Below, piece after piece: positions 56,001 to 64,000 of a stretch of 64,000 nucleotides of DNA. How positions within the stretch are numbered: the stretch's first letter is position 1; the number at the start of each line of letters is the position of its first letter. Under the pieces are notes generated by a model, which saw only the letters and a program-made list of their open reading frames with translations, was not told the DNA's origin and made no database searches. The stretch covers positions 57,328,788 to 57,392,787 of the forward strand of contig CM120640.1 in NCBI GenBank assembly GCA_051362555.1, in the 5' to 3' direction. This DNA is from Lingula anatina. Its lineage: Eukaryota; Animalia; Brachiopoda. The translations under genes and the position numbers were made by a program.

Positions 56001-58484
56001 AGAGAAGGTCGTTGACCGGTCGTCTGTCGCAATGAATGCTTGAGTAATGTTTACCAGAGGGCCTATCTGTCACCTACTTTGATATTTTCTCACATACAGA
56101 ATATCATAAACCTCCCAAGAGTTACCGATTTTCTCTGTTCATCTATTTTCATGAAAACAAAATGGCGAAACTAGACAAATCTGGCCCCAAACGGTAAAAG
56201 CAGAAATTGTTGAATAATCCTAAAAATATAAAACAACCCCCTTTATTATTTCGTTCAAAAATTGTTTCAGTTGAACGATCTCGCGCGGAAGAAGGCGTCA
56301 TAGCTTAAATTATAGTTCCCTGTCTCAGAAAACTGTAATGTATTCCTAAGCACAATTATATTACGTACAGAGCTCCTTGTTACGTTCTAAGACAAACCAC
56401 CCCTAATCAATTTCTGCTGAAGACACTTTCACTCTGATTTTTCTCAGCCTGACCACAATCAAGACTCCACTCTGAAACACACGTTCATTTATGGAAAGAA
56501 CAAAAGCTCTGGCACTCAGCAGGCTTCCTCTGCGCGGACAAACGTAAATACATGCCAGAGAGAAGTCGGTTTTACTAATTACTAGCAATTTCTTGAGAGA
56601 TAAAAGCTTTCTCAGATCGCAGGATGCAGCTGTGCTTATTTAAAGTAAAATGCAGGGAAACTCTTGATCAATAATCCAGAAAATAATTATTCTCGTATAG
56701 ATTTCGCCTTAATAACCTTCACCGTGATTTCCTGTAATTTGTGCGCGAGGCTGCAGAAGCTTCAATCCGAGGTAAAAATCTATATTCTTTTATTTAGTTT
56801 CAACTGTTCGAGGAGAAGAAACTGGATTCGATTTTATTACCACTGCATTTTTACCGCTATTTCTTTTCTTCTTTAGTTCGCCCCCTGTCTTATGTGCAGA
56901 TCCGAGGAATGCGATTTAAGGTGCATGAAAGTCATGTTCAAGCTGGCAAAAAAAAAAATAAATAAATAAAATAAAAATAATAATAATAATAAAAATAATA
57001 ATAATAATAAAAAAATCGCCTTTTTTGAGTATTCTAAAACCGCATTTCTATACGGTTGAAACATTTTCAGTTAGTGTCAAAACTACACAAAAGTCCACTT
57101 AACCAATTTACCGTTGTTTTCCTCCTTCATATGACAGTTGAAAGCGAAACCCGTCTAAAATAAAGAAGAAAAATTGACATATTGAGCATCAAATGACTTG
57201 TAACCATGACGACAGTTAAGTAGGTCCGGATAAATAGAGCCCAAGAGATGAACGTAAAGATCAATCTTGTAAATTGATGCAGCTACATGGCAAACGCTAG
57301 TTGCATTTAAAATCTTTCTTCTGCCTCTGTCATCAATGAAAAAAGTAAACTGGGAATTTTAGAAAATGTGGCCAAAGACTAATTAAACGAGAAGTTAGAC
57401 ATCGAGTCAATCAAGGTTCTCCTCAAGTTCAGTTTACCGAGGTTGTTTTTATGTAAAGAAACGACCCACATACTTTTCTCTTAAGAAGCAGGAAATTTCA
57501 ACGAATCCTTCTGCCAAAGAAAATGCATATCAACGCTGCACCACCACCTTGATTGTGGAGGAACAGTGTGTTAGTTGTGCGCTGCGCTGGTCAATGTACA
57601 GAGCACCAATCGCAATGATTACCATTTACGTGCCACCCAACGCGTTGTTCGCGTAGAAAAGGATGCCCGGCACATGACCAGTGGCCGTAAAACAAATACA
57701 AAATGAAATCCAAATAAATATGATACATTGTAAGTCTTTCCTTGTGCAGATGATACAGACATAAATCACACATTAATAATGAAATTGTTATCATATTTTT
57801 AATTTTATTAACAGCAATGTAAGCAAAGGTTTAAAAAATATTATTTTGAATTTAAAAATAGTTTTGAACGTAATTTCAAATGTAATGTATAAAAAACATG
57901 ACAATGAAATATTTGCAGTACTATCAAAAAAAAAATTGTTACAAACTACTGAAATTATAATGTGAACAAAACATTAATTTACTTTCATCCAGTAAGACTA
58001 CAGAAATGACAAGGGTTGCTCTTCTAGTTAAATCTTCTACTTAAAGATATTTAAAGTATGAAAATATATTTAAATCTGTTCATCTTACATCAAGTACACA
58101 ACAAGAAACAATGTTAGCTTTGAAAGATCTTGAAAAGTTACTGATTGTAAAGTGACATACAATATTAAGTGCATCTCAGTGGATGATATTTTATATTTAC
58201 AGCAATAATTATGGACGATCATATTGGTAAATGTCCTGACAAAAATTTACCAATGTAGGACTCTGTCTCTATGCTGAACAACAGCTTACAGTGCAGAGCA
58301 AAAATAAAGTTATAACAAAATAGTTTCCATTTTTCCTTCAAATTATGCATTGAATAATGCTTTACTTGCAATTGCCAAAGAAAGATAAATACAAAAGTCA
58401 GTAGAATGAGTTTGCACAAATTCAAAAATCACAGCAAATCTCCATAAAATAAGCCTCTGTAACAACCTTCAAGATGTTAGAAGC

Positions 58485-61400
58485 TCATTTAATTTCAACT
58501 TCTTCTAGATTAGACCCCTTAACAGGGGGCACTTGGGCAGAACTTCCATAATCATCAGACTTCTTGTAATCATTTCCTGGTAACGTGTAAATATGCCTGT
58601 CTTTAAACAAGTCGGAGACAAGTGCACTCTGAAAATCGAAAAATAATGGAAAAATATTAACAAGTAAATAAAATTTCATATCAGAATTTCTAACATAAAG
58701 AGAATGAAGAGGTACTGAATAACAATTGATTACTATAAGTATTTTAACTATCTTTGAGGCAGACATGGGTTTAAAATTGAAATGCAAGAAGCCACCTAAA
58801 GCTGACATATCTGCAGACAACTTACCACAACTAGAGCTACAGCTGCGCCAAGACTCAGTCCAGCTAGCACATCACTCCAATGGTGTTTATAGTCAGAAAT
58901 TCTGGACAGTCCAGTCAGCAATGCCATGGTTATAACCACCAACTGTAGGAATGGTTTTAAAAGTCTGCTTCTATTCCACTGCATCCTAGCTTGTATGTAG
59001 ATCTATTAATGAATATAATTAATATTTGTTATCAATCCAGTGTCTCATGGGAGCTGGAAGGTCATGTATTACACATAAAATGTAATTCACATGCATGAAC
59101 TCATACTTTATTTGTTTCCTCTGTCAAAGGCAGTATTTAGAATCGAGATGTGTTCAAAGAAGACATGTATGGCACGTACAATGTAGTTGCTGAAAATTGA
59201 TACACTGGACCACAGCATGGTCTTTCAAGTAGCACATTGCATAAATGGAAGCAACATAAGACAGAAATGTGTAAGTGGCATGCAATACATGTACAATAAT
59301 AACAATGATTACTTACAGCTAGATACATCATACAATACATGGAATATGAGGCATGACCTGATAAAAATGACAACCTGTGTAAAGACAAGAAAATTGTTAA
59401 TAATAATAATAAAATGACATTTGCAACATTAAGTTCACTTAATTAACAACATTCATTCATCTATTACATATTAATTATAGATCAGTTGATGTCATAGTAC
59501 AGAAATGCCTTTACCTGGCTTCATGAACCAGTTTAGCATCCCCCATGCATGTATAATCCACAATATACCGCATCAAGTCATCTGCAGTGCTACAGTTCAA
59601 TGCTGAGAATTCTGGCTTACATACAGAGATGAAGTGGGGTCTTAGGCGCCCAATGCTGTATTTACAACAGTCTGTGAGGAGCTGACATACCAAGGCTCCA
59701 AACAAAAACACTCCTATGACCTTGTAACAAGACCAAACAAATGGATGGACCTCACGTGAACACATTTGGTGACTCTTGTGGCCTGATCCTCGACAATAAA
59801 TTAAAGCTTCTCCTAGCAACATCTGAAAGGAGCAAGAATAAGGAAATTTACTACTAGTTTTACATCTTTTATGACAAAATCAAGATGTAATCTGTACATA
59901 CAGTAAAAAAGTTATCCAAAGATTTGCATACAAACACATTTTTTTCTTAAAACAAATAGCTGTCTCACATATAAATCAATGGTATAGATATTAAGGTAAA
60001 TAAAATACAAAAACCCTCTTGTTATCTCAACAAAGTTAGGGAAAACATTAAATGGTTCATATCCAAGCAAATCTTATGTCCTTTATCAGTGTTAGTACTA
60101 AAGGGCCATCATTTTTTAAGTTCTGAAAATACTACAAAATTAGATTATGATTTTGAAGCAGCTAGTTATAATACAATTTTTGAGCAGGGCTATAAATTTT
60201 ATTACTAGTATTTCAATCATAATGATGCAACATGAGTGTAGGAAATTAGCACTAGCCTATCTACAAAGGAAATGGAAAGATTTAATGCAACAAAAATATA
60301 TTTATATGAATGATATTTTAGGGAAGCTACTTGGTTAATATGCTCATTATTGAACACTTTCTATTGAATTTGAAGAAACAAATCAAAAGTTAACATAAAT
60401 CTATCACAATAAATTGCGACTTACTGAAATGATAGGTAGACCAATGGATACTGTGAACATCACTGCAGCAGAAATGGTGGAATTTTTGAAAGGGTATTTA
60501 ATACTCTCATCATCACAGAAGAAACCTCTATGGAAAGGTTTGATTAGAAATTCTAAGAAGAAGAGCGGTGTTGCCACTACAACAAAAGCATATTGTTAAA
60601 TTCTAAATTGTTTGTTATGAATAAGCATCAGCAGACAGCAAATCTGTGCCTACTAGACTGTATCTATAATCACACAGCTCAAAGATCGACCTCTGATATT
60701 GGTATTGTCATTGATCTTTCTGCACAAATTTGAAGATCAAAACCAGCTCCAAAATCAAAAGTTAATCAGTGAAAAACATTTCTGAGGTCTAAGATATGGA
60801 TGGTCTATAAACAAATTTATATAATTCAAAATATATATGAATTCCAAATAATCTTATTTATCAATGGGAGCTTTCAATTTCATTTGTGTAAACCCTTGTA
60901 AATTGTTTCTGCCTTGACATTTGAAGCAATGTCTGCCATCCATATCTTCCTCTGTTCTCCCTGTACCCCACACTTACACAAAGTACAGGTAAACCTGTCC
61001 CCACAGCAATCAGCACACCTGTGGACACTGTGCTCTCTTTAAATGGATGCTTGATACTCTCATCATCACAAAAGAACCCTCGATGGAAAGGGTCAATGGC
61101 AAAATTTAAAATAACAACTACAACTCCAACTGAAAAGAAGATAAAGACTTAAATGGATATATGCAATTATTCATAGTCTGCTGCAAGACTTAGAATCTCT
61201 ATACATCATTTTGTGCTGTAAATGGGATAGGAGGACAAATATTAGTTATGAATCAATTGTATAGAGTTACAAATATTGTAGCTTGAATGGAAAACTTATC
61301 AAATTCTAAAAGTAAAGAATGTCTTGAAAACGGGTGGCATGATCCGATCTACCGGTGAATTCATGTTCCTTTGGTTCTACGTCTGGTAGTTGAGTAGGCC

Positions 61401-62179
61401 CGATATAGTACACATCAGAAAACTAAATTTGAGAGCTAACACATTAAACTTTGTGCCATGCTTTGCTTTGCTTTGTGACATATCCCACAATGAGCAGGCT
61501 GGATAATAGTTTTGCCAAAAAAATTAAACACCACATTCTGACATCTCATAACCATATTTTATATAAATCAGAATTAATCAGTATTGTAACTTGTAAGGCA
61601 CTTGTTAGGCCCTTTTTGTGAACCAGTTTGAGGGATTAAAGGGATAACAACTCTTAGTATGAGATACATATTTTATAATAAATACACTGTAACAACTCAC
61701 AAAAATATAACCAAATCTATTTTACCACCAAAATGGTGGTTATCTCAATTATTCTGGAAACTGTGATGACACAAGACCATGTGACCTCCATAAATGTCTA
61801 CTTTTAACAGTAAATCCATTAAAAGTAAATAAATAAATAAATAACCAAGGACTAACTTTGAATGTTAGATAGATTCATTAACCATTGGCAAGTCTGGATA
61901 AATTAACCACAGGAAAATCCTTTTGTTCCCCAAAATAACCAGTATTTACCACTTTAACCTGACTACCAGTGTACTAGTATCGAAACTGAGGGTCTGTGTA
62001 ACAGAAAGTCCGTCCTCATTTTAGTTATAAATTATAATGGTTAGGGTTAGCTTTACCTAAGTGGGTCAAAATCTAGGGAGAGGCTTACCTGTACAAATGA
62101 ATGGGAAACGAATACTCAAACATGGAAGACTCTGTCACGCTACACCGTAATTAGCATTACGTACGATAAGAAAGTCAAC

Positions 62180-62227
<48 letters not shown>

Positions 62228-62499
62228 CCCCAGCTCTCCACACGGGGTTGGGAAAGGGAGCAAATCACCGTAGCGTACTAACATGTTAGCACCAGTCTAA
62301 TTAATGCGAAACAGAAAACGGAAACATTTTGGATCGATTCAGAAAGAGAAAGTACACTGATATAAATCATATGCATCACCCCACCGTATACCGCTTAACG
62401 ATGTTTGACAGTGTGTATGGCACTTTCTTTCTCACAAAATATCTGATTACCTGTAGCAAGGACAAGGCCATCGATTAACATTTGGATCCAACTGCCCAT
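58485..62499 (-). CDS. PLPP: Phospholipid phosphatase (PAP2/LPP, PLPP1-3/wunen family), ~295 aa, with mutually exclusive exon 2
   Basis: Exons (minus): 62499-62451, [61129-60978 OR 60576-60425], 59822-59515, 59374-59317, 59002-58826, 58628-58485. Total is 888 nt in frame with either exon 2. Motifs are PFHRGFFCDDESIKxP, C1 KYSIGRLRP, C2 SFLSGH and C3 SRISDYKHHWSDV. AATAAA is present on the minus strand at 57809-57804. Confidence 0.95.
60425..60576 (-). CDS. PLPP: PLPP alternative exon 2B (152 nt)
   Basis: Acceptor TTTTGTTGTAG, donor GTAAGT. Encodes (V)ATPLFFLEFLIKPFHRGFFCDDESIKYPFKNSTISAAVMFTVSIGLPIIS. Confidence 0.9.
60978..61129 (-). CDS. PLPP: PLPP alternative exon 2A (152 nt)
   Basis: Acceptor CTTCTTTTCAG, donor GTAAGT. 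Encodes (V)GVVVVILNFAIDPFHRGFFCDDESIKHPFKESTVSTGVLIAVGTGLPVLC. Confidence 0.9.
61323..61401. mobile_element. Diverged one-arm fragment of the 10879-11195 MITE family, in PLPP intron 1
   Basis: CTTGAAAACGGGT...GATCTACCGGTGAATTC...GTCTGGTAGTTG.GTAGGCC matches the right TIR of 10879-11195. Confidence 0.7.
62181..62225. repeat. Poly-A tract (45 nt) in PLPP intron 1
   Basis: Direct reading. A poly-T tract also occurs at 46989-47021. Confidence 0.9.
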
Positions 62500-62831
62500 T
62501 TTCCTTTTTCGGAGACAGTAAAGAAAACACATCAGAAACTTCCTACTCGCTAGTGAGCATCCTGTACGAACTAACGACACCTGCGCATGTGCGAATGGAG
62601 CATACCGCCAGGGCCTCCTTTTACAAGACAAGCTGAATTTCGTACAGCATGACAGATGTTGACACACAAGATTTTACTTGTGAGAAAGAAGGGGGTGGAG
62701 GAAATTTTGGTTTGCTTGCCTGCCAGCGAGTCCTTTATGGTGTTTGTTTAAATTTTGGCAAATAACATGTTTCTAACATTATAATATTACAGAGAATAAT
62801 AAAACAAGCTTCTACAATTAATTTTTTCTCA

Positions 62832-63930
62832 TTATTACCTCCGCCAAGGAGGTTATGTTTTTACCCCTGTTTGTTTGTTTGTCTGTCTGTCATCATAACT
62901 CAACATAACTGAAAAGTTATAGACCAATTTTGATGAAATTTTCAGGAACTGTCAGAAGTGGGCCAAGGAACAGATGGTTAGTTTTTGGTGGTGATCCGGA
63001 TCAATAATCAATCAATAATCAATAATAATCAAAAACTAGACTGCAACTGGCTTAAGCCAGTGGCCAAGGATTCCCCTGCAAAAAAGGGGTGTGGAAAGGC
63101 TCTTACAAGGGCATGTGAAGGTCATGGGTAAAATTTGACCCCATTTTCTGAAAGAGCATGTGCGAATGGGGGGGGGGGGGGGGGGGGGAGGGGGGCGGGT
63201 CAACAAAACATACTTTTAGCCCACTTCAATATTTCTCCATGAAATAGCCTAATGACCTTGAAAATGAGGGTCAAGGTCAAATTTGACATTTGATTTAGAG
63301 GTTTTGGGTATATGTTTGGGGTAGTTTACTGCCATGACCAAAAACCAGTGTTTCATGGAGAAATTGCCAAACACAAGATTTCTGCAATGTCATAAATATT
63401 TAAAAATCTATATTAAAAAAAGTAATTAGGCAGTCGCTACCAAAGTATGGCTAACCTAAGATAAATATATAGGGCATCATTTGCCACTATGATCGGGGCT
63501 CTGGGCCTTCCGGTTTTTGAGATCTCGGAAACAAACCTTTTTTGAGCCCGTTTGGCAATTAGCGACCTTGACCTTGACCTACTTGCATAAATGTAGGTCA
63601 TTATCTGTGGATTTGGCTCAGTATTATTGGCCATAAGCCCCTTAGCCATATGGCTTATACTTTAGGCCTAATGGCAATTTCAAATTTTACAAATTTTGCC
63701 TTTAAAAGCTCCTGTGACCTTGAAAAGTAGGTCAAGTTCACTGAAACTGGGTCTATGGCATATTCTTACCATAGGCTACCTATGTAAATTATTTCAGATT
63801 TTTTGCGAAAAAAAACGCGCAGAAAGAATAACTATAATAATAATACTACCAAAAACAATAGTATTCCCCTATGGGGAATCCTAATTACTGCCTTGGTGAT
63901 GGTCTGCGCTCTCGGGGTGTTTTTCTAGTT
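62832..63930 (+). mobile_element. HINE/Helentron-type non-autonomous element interrupted by a second HINE
   Basis: 5' ATTACCTCCGCCAAGGAGGT hairpin/subTIR, a GTTT/GTCT microsatellite, a degenerate 3' subTIR CCTTGGTGATGGT (63891-63903) and a CTAGTT end. Confidence 0.75.
63032..63885 (-). mobile_element. Nested HINE/Helentron-type element in opposite orientation
   Basis: On the minus strand: ATTAGGATTCCCCATAGGGGAAT 5' end, (TAT)n, internal TGACCT-rich segments, 3' subTIR GGGGAATCCT, hairpin ACTGGCTTAAGCCAGT and CTAGTTTT end. Confidence 0.75.
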
Positions 63931-64000
63931 TACAAATAGTTTTTTAAAGATGCATATCAAGCTAGTAGAAACTGTCTGGTAAACATTGTAAATTTACTAG

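Noticed and set aside
59345-59374. SFLSGH instead of PSGH as a sign of a catalytically dead phosphatase
   Set aside because: The residue before SGH varies in active LPPs (recalled Y/F in mammalian PLPP1/3), and the catalytic K, RP, SGH, SR, H and D residues are all present.

Overview
This is AT-rich, intron-containing animal genomic DNA, probably from a marine invertebrate (lophotrochozoan-like; taxon inferred, not proven). Four spliced host genes can be reconstructed by hand with GT-AG junctions and consistent phases. CARM1/PRMT4 (minus strand, 14 coding exons, 591 aa) lies head-to-head with a KHDRBS/Sam68-family STAR RNA-binding gene (plus, 9 exons, 376 aa). An ID/extramacrochaetae HLH gene (plus, 130 aa) sits in a ~30 kb regulatory gene desert. 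A PLPP/wunen-type lipid phosphate phosphatase (minus, 295 aa) has two tandem, mutually exclusive 152-nt versions of exon 2. Mobile DNA includes an apparently intact Sola2-type transposon with atypical ends, several CAG-ended hAT elements with 5-bp TSDs, Harbinger-like MITEs, an Academ-like relic, and Helentron-type (HINE) elements. One HINE carries a 146-bp higher-order satellite in which almost every monomer has a perfect DR1 nuclear-receptor site. The most striking non-coding signals lie upstream of ID. One is a fixed-spacing composite, CAGGTG-N5-YAGAC-N4T-GGCG (E-box + Smad4 + Smad1/5), repeated four times. The other is an element closely resembling the vertebrate ID1 BMP-response enhancer (Bicore1). 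All coordinates were read manually and no database searches were run.
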